Assembly: GCF_964204645.1 (NCBI RefSeq)
Contig: NC_134036.1
Location: forward strand, 7,788,812-7,852,811
Direction of reading: 5' to 3'
Source of the DNA: Tubulanus polymorphus
Lineage: Eukaryota > Animalia > Nemertea
DNA length: 64,000 bases
Positions 1 to 13,780 of the stretch are shown here, in pieces. Every line of letters begins with the position of its first letter. Position 1 is the first letter of the stretch. Both the position numbers and the translations under genes were made by a program. The notes beneath the pieces are model-generated. The model was not told the origin of the DNA and searched no databases. It saw nothing but the letters and a program-made list of their open reading frames with translations.

Positions 1-850
1 GCTCTATATCAGCCATGAAGTATCCCAATTCCGAAGAAGTACGTATTATCCTAGCACACGGCATCGATTCAGCACCTGAATGAATCGACATACTTGCTAA
101 AATTAGGGAAAGTACGTGTTTCTACACCCAATTAGTTTTTCAAATCCGATTAAGTAGATTGCATTTCTATAGCAGCCACTGAACAACAGAGCGAATGAAA
201 AACACAGCAGCGATAAAGTGCCTGGTAAGCCCCATATTAGTCACGCATTTCGAAGTGGTAAGTATTATCCTGAAATGATTATTTTCAAAGACTTGCATTT
301 ATAAATTGTAAATCTATTGATGATATTGATTTTTGCAGGCCTTCACACATCAGATGCATTGACAGCAGTACGAGTATTGGCACTGATGACGAATCTAGCC
401 AAACACACGGCATCGATTCAACACTTGAATGAATCGACATACTAACTACAAAGAGGGAGATATTGAAAGAAAAGGTATGTTTTTTTCATCTAATTATTAT
501 TTCAAATCCAATTGAGTAGATTGTATTTCTATAGATAGTTTTGTATTCTACAGGCCAGCCCACATAACAGCCACTGAAAAAGGACGAATAAAGCACACAT
601 CAGCGATTAAGCGCCTGGTTAAAGCTACATACCAGTCGAGAAGTATCCGAAATCCGAAATAGTACGTATCATCCTGAAATGATTATTTTCAAAGATTTGC
701 ATCGCAAGTCTATAGGTAAATTTGATTTTTACAGGACATCACACATAGGAGATTTTGGACCACGGTAGGACTACGAATATTTTCAGTACAGTGTTGAAGA
801 AGATACCAGAGAACGAGGGAAAGCTGCAGTTTCGACTGTCACCAAGAAGG
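1..850. repeat. Inverted segmental duplicate of ~45780-46666
   Basis: Window start gctctatatcagccatgaagtatcccaattccgaagaagtacg is the near reverse complement of 46623-46666; similarity continues to ...gcagtttcgactgtcac (~841 vs ~45783). Confidence 0.85.
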
Positions 851-1530
851 TCCTTGCTTGAAGGTAATTGCTTGTAATATCCTCTGGACCTTAGCATGTA
901 TTCATTTTGTATACCATTGACTTGTTTAATAACATTAATTTGTACTAAAAAAAAACCGTCGAAAAATAAAAGAGATGTTACCTAAGCATCCAAGACCTTA
1001 TGGTGGCATTGTTATTGAAAGTCACACGATGCAATGAATTTTGATTTCAAATAGTTTAGTACCATCGTCAACCATTTCAATATCACGCGATGACTGTTAT
1101 AGCACGTATCTGGATATGCTCTTGGTCTCAATACTTTCATAACAGACCCGTAGCCGGGGATTTTGAAATTTTGAAATAGAAAGTTGGCTACAAAAATAGT
1201 TTGATATCAACTACCCAGAGTCTGATAACAACTGGGCCTTTTTTTAAAGATTTAGGCAATAGGTCGAAATACTATTGCTTTGATTAGTCTTAACGCGATT
1301 CGACCATTAAGATTAAACTCATTGGCATCTTATGTCGGTTGTAAACTCATTCCGCATCGTGAAGATGGAAAGGGGAATGAAATATCAAAATCATTTTGGT
1401 AGGTTCCATGTTTGCCTTCAGATAAGCAGGCTTACCTGTTTTGGAAACCATCCTATTTGGGAATGGACTTTGGCTGCAGTTCAAAATATGTTAATAGTAG
1501 ATATATTGATTATAATCAGGGTTCATTAGA

Positions 1531-2090
1531 ATGTCTAAAATGGGCATGATAAATTATCTATATATTTTGATGTTGCGAGCTTATTCACTAATGTTACTTT
1601 TAAACCTTCTATGGATTTTCTTAGGAGAAAGTAACCTACTTCTGATTTTCATTTTGATGAAAACACAAGGGATACCGTAGAAATCGCAGATTACTGATTG
1701 TCTCTTGGATTTAATCGAACTTTGTACAAAACTCATATTTTCTATTTGGTTCTAATTTTTTTTAAACAGACTTTTAGTATGGCTATGGGGTATACAATCG
1801 GCCCTGTTTTAGCTGGGGTTTTTTGGAACACGTTGAAAGCAAAGTTCTTCCTCTTTACACTGAAAGTAGACCCAAACTTCGGTGAAGTTACGTTGATGTT
1901 ATTCTTTGGTTAGTTTCCGCCGATTTCAATTTGATTAGGTTCCTACATTATTTGAACTCCTTGTATATCCTACTCTGAATTTTGTTTTAACTGGAATGAA
2001 AATAAAATCTAACTATTTGATACTATTTTGCTCCTTAGTGAAGGTGTATTTGCTATAGCTATTTTGAAATGTTACCTAAGCATACGGAAC
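1531..2090 (+). pseudogene. Degraded Penelope-like element reverse transcriptase fragment
   Basis: Across frames: FDVASLFTNV, LIELCTKN, SMAMG..I.PVLAG.F, (W)RRYVDD-like motif, as in PLE RTs; many stops and frameshifts. Confidence 0.7.
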
Positions 2091-2849
2091 TTTCAACATA
2101 CGGAATTTCAACATTTTCTTTTATCTGTTTTACTATCGGCAGAGGTGTGCATGTGCACAGTCTGACTGAAGATATTTCTACCAAATAACGACATAAATAC
2201 CTGGAAAAATCAAAGAAACCACACGTTATGAAACTTTCAAGGTCGTGAATATGTATATTAATGGTTTTCATGTATCGCTTATTCAAATTACACTACCGAC
2301 CTCTAGTGGGATCAATACATCACTAATTCTCACACCGCAGACATCAAATTGATTAATCCTATTCTATAAACTTCTGATCGTTTCTCTCATTCAGCCCCAA
2401 CGATCCGTGATGGGGGTACGTTGATCGGGTATTATACTCAAGTTCTGCTTTTGGTCATTAACGGTTGACAAAACCATCATATGCCAATTACCAAATACTT
2501 GTTACGGATAAAAAACCTCTCGTTTGACTTGTCAGGTTTAGCGTTTTTCACCACTCTTCCTTCTGAACTAACCAGACTCTGCTCATACGCAAACTATTCT
2601 AGCTAATTATCTATCTATATGTTTCAACAACAGCACTTACTAACTTCAAACTGTCAAACCAAGTTTTTTAATCTGTGACATGTAGTATTCCATGTTTATA
2701 ATTTAATCATTGATGGATCTATCATAGTTAATTATATTGAGTATAGCAATCAATGACTAATTCCTGGATAGAGATCTGGGAGCAAAATGAGTGACGTGAA
2801 ACGGCCGCAGACAGTGAAACTTAGTGATGGTCGCATTTTGTTGCTTGAA

Positions 2850-4030
2850 TATTTTCCGAATTTCCAACATTTTGTATTATCTGTTTAAATCTCGGGTTCG
2901 GTCGTGTTTTGTTTTTCTCAAGTATTTTAGAATGGTCGAGTCGTGTGTTACTGGGGGATGTTGGACAACGAGGTTTGAGGATGACTTCAGTTTTTTTATG
3001 TGAATATCTCCCGAATTTTTAACATTTTCTTTTATCTGTTTTAATATCGGCTTCGGTCGTGTTTCGTTTTCTCGAGTATTTTCAGAATGGTCGAGTCGTT
3101 TGTTACTGGGGATGTTTGACAAGGAGGATTGAGGATCACTCAAGTTTTAAATCTAAATATTTTCAGAATTTTCAACATTTTCTTTTATTATCTATTTTAA
3201 TGTCGGCTTCAGTCGTGTTTCGTTTTCTTGAGTATTTCCAGAATGACCAATTGGTTTGTTACTGGACGATCTTTGACAAGGAGGATTGACGATGACGTCA
3301 GTTTTTGATGTAAATATCTTCCGAATTTTCAAAATTTTCTTTTATCTGTTTAAATATTGGCTTCGGTCATGTTTTGATTTATCAAGTATATATAGAATGG
3401 TCGATTCGTTTGTTACTGGGGATGATTTACAAGAAGGACTGAGGATGATTTTAGTTTTTAGTGTAAATATTTTCCAAATTATCAACTTTTTGTTTCATGT
3501 GTTTCAATAACGGCGTCGGTCGTGTTTCGTTTTCTCGAGTATTTTCAGAATGGTCGTGTGGTTTGTTACAGGAGGATGTTTGACAAGGAGGATTGAGAAT
3601 AGCTTCAGTTTTTATTGTAAATATTTTCCGAATTTTCAACATTTTCTTTTATCTGTTTCAATATCGGCTTCGGGCGTGTTTCGTTTTCTCGTTTTTGTAA
3701 GGTGTGCATGAGCACAGTCGTTTTTTGTAATGGGGTATGTTTTGGAATGAGAATTGAATATGGCTTCAGTTTGTTATGTGAATATTTTTCGAATTTTCAA
3801 CATTTTCTTTTATCTGTTTCAATCTCGGCTTCGGTTGTGTTTTGTATTTCTCGAGTATTTTCAGAATGGTTAAGTCGTTTGTTACTGGGGGATGTTTGAC
3901 AAGGAGGATTGAGGATGACTTCAGTTTTTATGTAAATATTTTCCTACTTTTCAACATTTTATTTTATTCATACTCAGTCCTCCCTGTCAAATATCCCCAA
4001 TTAATAAAACGAATCGACAATACTAAAAAT
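2850..4030 (-). repeat. ~154-bp satellite array (~7-8 monomers), inverted relative to 19020-21133
   Basis: Recurrent gtttcgttttctcgagtattttcagaatggtc and gtttgacaaggaggattgagg at ~154-bp spacing. Confidence 0.9.
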
Positions 4031-5400
4031 ACTGGTGATAACCAAGACACGACTGAAGTCGAGAATATAAAATACAGATTACAGTAAATTGCCGTAGCCT
4101 CCTAATAAAACTGGGAACACTATTTAGCAAAACAAATGATTTGAAATCATCAAATTTTTGATAACATTTGGCCATCAATTATTTATTCCTGCCTCTTGTT
4201 TCGGTCTTGTAGCCGCGTTCTCAACCCGCTGAAGTTGGTATATTAAACCCGCATATACCATAAAAGAATGAAGCAGACAGTTTAGTAATAGAGTTCGAAT
4301 ATTTTAGTACACGTACTTCATTGTGTCAATTTTGGGTCACGATATGATCGAACTTCCACACAATAGTCGCCGCCCAAATGGTATTGTGGTAACGCTTGGT
4401 TAGAGCTTCATTCGAGAACCAGCCACCACGTCTAGCGCACGTACACCAGTGAAGGGCCTGTATTGAGATATGATTACCCACCAAAGCCAAGTCAGAAAAT
4501 CCCAACATATCTGGTAAGTTTGTTGTAGGTGTATAGTATCATTCTTCAAAAACTGAATTAGTTTTGTATTCAAATCTTCTATCTCAAGCCTAGTTTAATT
4601 TGTCAAGTTCAATTCATTTTATTCTGATAGTTGACCTTTTCGTTCGGAAATCTTACAATCTTTAGTTTTTCTTTGTAGATACCCAAAACGCCCTAGTGAT
4701 AGATATCTCGACAAGTCAGAAACATATTTTCGATTACTTTTAGAATATAACGGTGAGTATTCAACATATTCATTGCTGTTAGTTTCGCCTAAGTGTTAAG
4801 CAATCTTATCTGTTTTAGATTGATAGCACACTGGAAACAAAATCGATTGAATAGTCAACATTAAAACATGGGATCTTTATTTAATATGAATGGTTGAGTA
4901 TGTGTTCATTTCATATAAGAATGAATTAGAATCTTTCGACGATGAATAAAAGTGAAAGAATGAATTGAGTTTTCTAGCAGCAACCGTCAACATAGGAGAG
5001 GCAGCATCCGTCAACATGGGAGCAGCAGCATCCGTCAACATAGGTGCAGCGGCAGCCATCAACACCCAACATAGGAGAGGCAGCATCCGTCAACATAGGA
5101 GCAGCAGCATCCGTCAATATAGGAGCAACAACAGCAGCAGCACAATTTGGTATCAACATAGGATCCAAGCGGCATCAAACAATTAAAAACAAGTAACTTT
5201 AAAGATAATTGTTCACCCCTAAGCTGAAAATACAGAACCGAAAACTGTCAAGGTTTTTCAGAGCTTCATTTTCCCGAGAACTGGAGAAAATATCGGCAAA
5301 CTTTTCGGTACCGGGATTAAGTTCCACGGCGACGTGATACCACCAGGAGCTCCCGACATCCCAAACAGTATTTCATATTTTGATACGTTTGCTTTCAGTT
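4030..5400 (-). repeat. Inverted copy of the block at ~17340-19020 (also 43360-44830)
   Basis: acagtaaattgccgtagcctcctaataaaactgggaac (4081) is the reverse complement of ~18930-18968; the same minisatellite and ORF remnants recur. Confidence 0.85.
4978..5140. repeat. 24-bp minisatellite (gcagcatccgtcaacataggagca)
   Basis: Direct tandem units; source of the spurious AAAPMLTD ORFs. Confidence 0.9.
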
Positions 5401-6116
5401 AAGCAGGTTTACCTGTTTTGGAAACCAACATATTTGGGAATGGACATCTTTGGCTGCGGTTTAAAATCTGTAAATAGTGTATATTGATGATTGAAAATAT
5501 CCTATAATTCTAATTTTAAATGATGAAATTTATCATTTTTATTAACCACGATGTGTTTATGGATATTAAATCACATAATTCTAAATTAAAGATCTCAACA
5601 ACCAACCAAGACGTGTATTCAAAAAACACAAATCAAACCTCTCAGAAATTATGCAAAGCAAATTCAAAGGACTTTCGGACTGCGAATTACAAAAATTACG
5701 ATGTTTCAAAAATGGTTACCGTCGCTTCCTCTTCACTGCGGACTTTCAAACATTATAAGAACGATATTCCGCTATGACCGATTATATCGAATTGCGATTC
5801 AAATTTGGCGAATACTCTGTCATCGGTTCTTGGGCTCATTTTCGAAAGCCTAATTACGTCCATCCTAGCTTGCAAGGCATCCGGTATCGCTCTCCGAACT
5901 CGCATCCACCAGCCTCTTGGCCTCAAGACGCGCGATTTCATTACTGGCGCTTTGCGCATGAATTAAAATATATCGACTTGCGAAATGCTTCCTTGTTCGG
6001 TAAAATGCTCGTTGATTGGTCCATCTAAACGGGAATTCTTAAGGAAGTCTAATGTCGTTTGTTACAAGCGATGTGATTGGCCTGACGTGATTCTAGTCGG
6101 CTTATAACGACAAAAA

Positions 6117-6190
6117 CGACTTATTAGGTCAAGGGGTTCGTTTAAAGGCTTTAGCGTAGTGGGTTCGAATATCTTAACGGGTGAAGATGA
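6117..6190 (+). mobile_element. tRNA-derived (SINE-like) head preceding a Penelope RT fragment
   Basis: A-box-like TAGGTCAAGGGG and B-box GGTTCGAAT; the - strand copy at 15030-15108 reads GGTTCGAATCCC; another copy at 13808-13885 (-). Confidence 0.5.
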
Positions 6191-6227
6191 CTTAGTAATA
6201 ATCAGGGTTTATTAGAATGTCTAAAAA

Positions 6228-6780
6228 TGTTATTCCTGAGCATGATAAATTATATAGATAATTTGATGTTGAGAGCTTATTCACTAATGTTACTTTTAAA
6301 CTTGGTTGTATTTTCTTAGGAGAAAGTTACCTACTTCTGATTTTTATTTTAATAAAAACACAAGGGATACCGTAGAAATCGCATATAGTGATTGTCTCTT
6401 GGATTTAATCGAACTACTCTTATCTTCTATTTGGTTCTAATTTTTTTAAACACACACTTTTAGTTTGGCTATGGGGTAAACAATCATCCCTGTTTTAGAT
6501 GGTTTATTTTTGGAACACGTTGAAAACAAAGTTCTTCCTCTTTACACTGAATGTAGACCCAAACTTTGGCGACGTTACGTTGATGACATTCTTCGGTTAG
6601 TTTCCGCCGATTTCAATTTGATTGGGTTCTTACATTATTTGAACCTTTTTATATATATCCTACTCTAAATTTCGATTTAAGTGGGATGAAAATCAAATCT
6701 AACCATTTGATACTATTTTGCTCCTTAGTGAACGTGTATTTGCTAAAGCAATTTTAAATTTTACCTATGCATACGGAACT
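6228..6780 (+). pseudogene. Degraded Penelope-like RT fragment
   Basis: FDVESLFTNV, AMG, tggcgacgttacgttgatgac = WRRYVDD; a partial repeat follows at ~7153-7410. Confidence 0.75.
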
Positions 6781-8271
6781 TTACGGTGGCAATGTTTTTG
6801 AAAGTCACACGTCGCCATAAATTTTCATTTCAAATAGTTTAGTACCGGCGTCAACCATTTCAATATAATGCGATGACTGGTATAGCACGTATCTGGATGT
6901 GCCCATGGTCCCAATACTTTCATAAAAGACGCGTAGCCGGGGATTTTTATATTTTGAAAAGGAAAGTTGGCTACAAAAAGCGTTTGATATCAACCTCCCA
7001 GAGACTGATAACAGCTAGGTCATATTTCAAAAATTTAGGCAATAGGTCGAAATACTATTGCTTTGATTAGTCTTAACGCGATTCGACAATTAAGATTAAA
7101 CTCATTGGCATCTTATGTCGGTTGTAAACTCTTTCCGCATCATGAAGATAGAAAGCAAAGTTCTTCCTCTTTACAATGAAAGTAGACTCAAACTTTGGCG
7201 ACGTTACGTTGATGATATTCTTCGGTTAGTTTCCTCCGAGTTCAATTTGATTAGGTTCTTACATTGTTTGAACTCTTTATATATCCTACTCTAAATTTCG
7301 ATTTAAGTCGGATGAAAATAAAATCTAACCATTTGATACTATTTTGCTCCTTAGTGAACGCGTATTTCCTATAGTAATTTTGAAATGTTACCCCCTAAGC
7401 ATACGGAACTTTACGGTGGCAATGTTTTTGAAAGTGACACGTCGCCATAAATTGTCAACCATTTCAACCATTTCAATATAACGCGATGACTGGTATAGCA
7501 CGTATCTGGATGTGCCCTCGGTCACAATACTTTTATAACAGACCCGTAGCCGGAGATTTTGAAATTTTGAAAAGGAAAGTTGGCTTCAAAAAGAGTTTGA
7601 TATCAACTACCCAGAGTCTGATAACAACTGGCCCATATTTCATAGATTTAGGCAATAGGTCGAAATACTATTGCAAAAAGTTGAAAATTCAGAAAATATT
7701 TACATTAACAACTGAAGTCATCATCAATCCTCCTTGAAAAACATCCCCGTAACAAACGACTTAAAATTTATAAGTACAGAAAAAAGGAAAAAATGATTTA
7801 TTAAAATCATGTGCTAATCGAATTTAAAGATTAAAAGTTATTATTAAATGTTTTTTCATTAAAAGATAGAATAAAATCATTATTTAAATTAGAAGCTATA
7901 ACAATTATTTCAATTCTAACAGCTTTAACTATGGAATTTACAACAATTAGTTTAGCTATATCAAATTCATTAAATCTATACCAAGACCTAAACTCCCAGA
8001 TAAACCGCCAAATAATGATAATTCTATAATACAAGATAAAGTTAAAGATGGTCTAAAGAAGTTAGCAAAATATTTATGGGAATTATCTAAAAAATCATTA
8101 CCTGGAATTATAGCATCAATTGATAGTTTTATTTTAAAGTCTGCTGGAAATATGATTAGTTTTGCTGCTGAACTTATAATTGTATTTTTAATTACAGTTG
8201 TTAGTGCTATTATTTTCGGATTGGTAAATATGATAAAAGGTAGATAATTAAGTTCTTTTCTTAATAACTGG

Positions 8272-10570
8272 TGAATGGAAAATACATATATCCTTCAAAT
8301 AATTCGAGAATATCTAATGCAAATTAAGCAGAACGTAATCATCATATAATTACTCAATCCTTCAAATACTAATCCAAGTGAAACTTTATATGTTAGAATT
8401 CCTAGATTAAATCAAAATACTTTTCATATTTATCAAACAGTATGTATTTATCAGCTGATATAGAATTAACTAGAAATAATAATAATTATGTTGTAGATAA
8501 TGTTGGTAGATACTTAATACAATAATTTACTATGAAAATTTAACCGGAAACTGTTTTTACAATAGATGATTATAATTTATTTGCACATTATAATGATTTA
8601 TGGTTAACAAAAGAAAATTGAAAAATAAATTGCCCATGGGCAAAGTGTGGTTTACCGTGAAAGCTAGAGGTTGTTTTGAGTAAGGGCATTGCTTGAAAAA
8701 TCTTTTTAACTTGTGACTTCAAAGTTCTAGAAGTTTTTATTGTTTTTCATCTTTCTTAAATGATTATTTTGTCGTCAAATAAGACCAAAGATAAATATTT
8801 GTTTATGGTCTACCTCCAAAAATTCGTAGGGTACAGGTAGGCGCGGCAGGGAAACTATTCTATATTTTCAAAAAAATATTTTTCACGATATGAAAAAATA
8901 TTCGAATAAAATTCATATGATGTCACATGTCAGAGGGTGGCTGAGAGTCTTGGGGACGAAACCTCTTCAATGTACGGCTTAAACACCGGGGCGTAGATCG
9001 TTTTAAATCCTGGAATTTACCACGACAATAATATTCAGACTTCGACCTATACCTATAGTTTGCTGCTTAGTATTTCCAAGTCACAAGAAATTACGATTTG
9101 TTACAATTTCTATCAAACAGAAAACACAGCGCTCATCTTCTGCTACGACGAGCAGCCTGTTGTGTTATCATACCAAGCGTGCACGCGCCAAGCAGCTTTA
9201 CAGCATCGCCATATAGTAGTCTGTATGAGCGTGTGTGCAACAGTCTAGTGTTTAGCACTCCCGTCCCGCGCACATGTGGAGGCCTTGTGTAGCGAACGTT
9301 CGCTTCACTTCAATCTCAATCAACACAATCACTGGGTATTAAAATGAAACAATACCTATGGCGATATGTGAAATAATTTCTCACCGGCAATGAGCATTCA
9401 AAATTCGCACACATCTAGTCCAATGAAACGTTCGCCATAAATGGCTTCCCCATAACTATTTTAGTAGTGCCGTAATTCTCCGTATATCCCAAAAGCAGCC
9501 AATCACATTCGCTCTTAGAGACGTCGCCCCTCAATCGAGTTCATTGCAATTTTATACGCAAGAGCTAAGAATTTTCCCGCACAAGACAGTTTTTCGTCGA
9601 ATTTAAACAAAGTTTATGTCATCGACGGAGGTTTGTCATGTCTTCAATCGAATCGATTATACGTCGTTTAACCCGAGAACCAAAGAAAAAAATGCTCACA
9701 TAAAAAAAGTACCGCGATTTTACATGGATTGGCTCAATGCCAACCTCATACTGCTGACAAAGGTAAACCAAATATGATATTTCTAGGAATTCGAACAGAA
9801 AATGAAAATAAATTAAGATCAAAAGTAAATAATGCTATAGTAACTAATGCTGCAGATAATTTAATTTAAAAAAACATTTATGGAAGTCACTATAAAATTC
9901 CATTAGATTTTGAATTGATTAATAATAATGCACCTTTATATAAATATGCAATTCAAGAAGATATAATATTTGAAATAACTTTTGCTCCTGTAAATGAAAT
10001 AGTATTATCTAGTGTAATTAAAGATATGGGTTATAAATTATCGAATATATGTTAAGAATATGATAACGTAAAACTAGAACTATGCAAGTGATGAAATAAT
10101 AAATGAAAATGTTGACTTTCCTACAAGATCTATTAACTCTTTTAATGCAATTAATGAAATAATGAATGAAAATGTTGTCTTTCCTAGAAGATCTATTAAA
10201 GATATTTTATTATTTATAAGTAAAGTATATGCTAATGGCACAATAGATGTTGATAATTGTTATAATCCCGAAATATTAAAAGTAGAAATTACAATTGAAG
10301 GTACAGCAAATAGAATATTTTGTCAAGGAATGAGAATAATACATCAATGGGTAGAAATTAAAAAAAAAACATTTCATGAATGAAAAAATAAAATCGTCTA
10401 AAGATTGTAATATTAATCAAATTGAATATTATAATGGTAATAAATTTGCATTATGGGTAGATTTTGGAACAACTGAAGATAACTTGTTACATGGTTCGGG
10501 GAAAAAATTACAAAATACAAAAGATGGAATACAGTTAAACATGATCACATTTAGATATTATTCAATATTA
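8272..10570 (+). pseudogene. Polinton major capsid protein pseudogene, split by a ~1.1-kb insertion
   Basis: ETLYVRIPRL, PLDFELINNNAPLYKY and FPRRSIK...DGIQL match 30812-32059. Confidence 0.85.
8628..9769. mobile_element. Unclassified insertion in MCP of fragment A
   Basis: Sister copy C is contiguous (gaaaattgaaaaaatatgatatttctagg, ~38835); here ~1.1 kb of more GC-rich DNA separates the halves; possible aaata TSD. Confidence 0.65.
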
Positions 10571-10603
10571 ATAATATAGAAATAATATTAATGATATATA
10601 TAA

Positions 10604-11694
10604 ATGGGGAATAAAAAATATCTTAATCCTAAAGAACAACATTTAAGAAATTTGTATTACAATCCTAAGAGCTCAGTTCCCTATTCTTCTGTAAAAAATA
10701 TATGGCGCCAAGTAAAACAAGATAAATTAAATAAGATAACCCCACAGAATTTAGTTAGATATAAAGATATAAGATATAACGTTAGAACTACCAACATACA
10801 ACATACAACGCATTAAAAAATTCAAACTCGTAAAACTATGTTTAGTTATATAGATCACATATGGCAGGGAGATTTTATTGATATTAAAAATCTTTAAAAA
10901 GATTTTTTAGTCGTTATGTATGGAGTTTCCCACTATCCAGAAAGATGCTGTACAAACTTCAAAAGTTTTAAGAAAATTGCTTTCAGGTACAGCGAAACCA
11001 GAAAAAAATACAGTTTGATAAAGAATTTGATAATTCATTTGTTCATGGACTCTTGGATTATCATATTAAATATTTTTCAAAAAAAATAAGCAGCAGCAGC
11101 AGAAGAAGCAGCAGCAGCAGCAGCAGAAGAAGCAGCAGCAGCAGATTAAGAACAAGAATGTGGAAATATTTTACAGCAAATAATACTTTTAAATGGATTG
11201 ATATTTTTACCAAGATTTATAGAAGGATATAACAATTATTATCATTCGTCTATTGGGATGAAACCTATTGATGATAGAAAATCCGAAAATGCTGAAATTG
11301 CTTGGAATAATTTATATGGAGCATTTCTTGTAGGTGATTTGGTGAACCTACATATATAAAGCTGGTCAATATGTTAGAATTTCAAAGTATGAAAAAAATA
11401 TTTGATAAAGGGTAAGATCGGAATTTTTTCTAGAGATATATATAGTATAAGACAAGTAATAACAACAAAACCATATGTCTATAAATTAGTAGATTTTGAT
11501 GGTGAAGAATTTGATTGGTAGTATATGAAGACGAATTAAGTTTAACTACTGAAAAACTAGAACAAGAATATAAAATTTAAAAAAAAAATATTAAATAAAA
11601 CTGTTAATAGAAAAAAATATTCTTTAGTAAAATGAGTTGATGGCCAGATAAATTTAATGAATTGATATCATTGAGTGAAATTAAAAATATATAA
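10604..11694 (+). pseudogene. rve integrase-chromodomain pseudogene
   Basis: MGNKKYLNPKEQHLRNLYYNP, WQGD, MWKYFTANNTFKWID match 32090-33216; (GCA/GAA)n expansion at 11089-11143. Confidence 0.85.
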
Positions 11695-11955
11695 ATGAAT
11701 AAGGAATTATTTATATTTGAACCTCATAATATGTTAATTTCTGGTGTAACAAAATGTAATAAAAACTTATTTTTATATTGAATTCATTAGAAACTGTTTA
11801 TAAAAACTATTTTGATATAATAGTATTATTTTGTCCAACATATGAATTTAATCAAACTTATAATAGAACATTACTAGAAATAATAAAATTATTGTGTTAG
11901 ATGCTATAACAGTTAAAGAAAAATTTAGATGATTGTATTAAAATAGCAATTGAAA
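11695..11955 (+). pseudogene. Packaging ATPase 5' fragment
   Basis: MNKELFIFEPHNMLISGVTKC; Walker A degraded, truncated. Confidence 0.8.
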
Positions 11956-13039
11956 ATCCCTAGAAGGTTTAAAAGTAACATTAGTGAATAAGCTCGCAAC
12001 ATCAAAATATACAGATAATCTATCATGCCAGGAATAACATTTTTTGACATTCTAATAAATGCTGATTATGAAGTAAGCGGGCATTCATAAATGAGAAACG
12101 AAACGATGACAGAGTTTCTGCCAAATATTTAGAGAGTCGATAAGATGGTGAATCGCAATATGATATGCTCGGTCGTGGCGGAATATTCTTCATATAATGT
12201 TTGAAAGTCCGCAGAGATAAGGAAGCGACGGTAAGCGTTTTGAAACATCATAATCTGTGTAATTCGCAATAATGTCCGAAAGTCCAATGAATTTGCTTTG
12301 CATAATTTCTGACGGGTTGATTCAGTGTTTTTTTTTTGTATACACGTCTTGGTTGGTTGTTGAGATCTGTACTTCAAAATCATATGATTCAATATGCTCA
12401 AACTCATTGCGGTTTCAAAATAATAAATTTAATCATATAAAATTTGAAGTATAGGATTTATCTAATTATCAGCATATCCACTATTTACAGATTCTACATT
12501 TTGAACTGTAGCCAAAGATCTCCATTCCCAAATAGGGTGGTTTCTTAAGAGGTAAATCTGCTTAACTGGAAAGCAAATATATCGAAACTATCAAAATAAT
12601 TTTGATATTTCATTTCCCTTTCTACCTTCATGATGCGGAAAGAGTTTTCAAAGGACATAAGATGCCAATGAGTTTAATCTTAATTGTCGATCGCGTTAAG
12701 ACTTAGGCAATAGGCCAGAATACTATTGCTTTGATCAGCAATAGTATTCTGGCCTATTGCCTAAATCTTTGAAATATGGCCCAGTTGATATCAAACTCTG
12801 GGTAGTCGATATCAAACTCCAACTTTCCTTTTCAAAACTTGCGGCAAGAATATCAAAATCCCCGGCTACGGGTATGTTATGTAAGTATTGAGACCAACAG
12901 CACAACCAGATACGTGCTATACCAGTCATCGTGTTATATTGAAATGGTTGACGCCGGTACTAAACTATTTGAAATGACAATTTATGGCGACGTGTGACTT
13001 TCAAAAACATTGTCACCGTAAAGTTGCGTATACTTAGGT

Positions 13040-13780
13040 AAGAATTGCTATAGCAAATACACGTTCACTTATGAGCGAAATAGTATCAAATGGTTAGATT
13101 TTATTTTTATCCCACTTAAATCGAAATTTAGAGTAGGTTCCTTCATTATTTGAACTATTTGTATATCCTAATCAAATTGAAATCGGCGGAAACTAACCGA
13201 AGAAAATCATCAACGTAACGTCGCCAAAGTTTGGGTCTACATTCAGTGTGAAGAGGAAGAACTTTGCTTCAACGTGTTCCAAAAATAAACCAGCTAAAAC
13301 AGGGGTAATTGTTAACGTGATAAACTACGCAATAAATCGCGAGACACGAAAATTATCCCACAATCACAAGTTCGAAAAAGATTTTAAAACATCAAAACTA
13401 TAAAGAATTTATCAAAAACTGGAATTTTCGGTTTTATCCTAAAAACCATTCTCAAGAGTGACTAACTATATGATATTTCACAGTATATATATATCAGGGG
13501 TGATTGTATTCCCCATAGCCATGTTAAAAGTCTGTTTAAAAAAATTAGAACCAAATAGAAAATATTAGTTTTTTGTACAAAGCTCAATTAAATCCAAGAG
13601 ACAATCACTATCTGCGATTTCTACGGTATGCCTTGTGTTTTTATCAAAATGAAAATAAGAAGTAGGTAACTTTCTCCTAAGAAAATCCATAGTAGGTTTG
13701 AAAGTAACATAAATGAATAAACTCGCAACATCAAAATATATGAATAATTTATCATGCCCAGGAATAACATTTTTAGACAT
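13040..13780 (-). pseudogene. Degraded Penelope-like RT fragment with a small insertion at ~13315-13495
   Basis: ORF 13565-13780 (FDVASLF...LIELCTKN); WRRYVDD on - strand at ~13208-13228. Confidence 0.7.

Larger units (their letters stand above)
7790..11955 (+). mobile_element. Decayed Polinton fragment A (coiled-coil gene 3' end, MCP, integrase, ATPase 5' part)
   Basis: Colinear DNA similarity to 30300-33470, with many stops and frameshifts. Confidence 0.9.
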
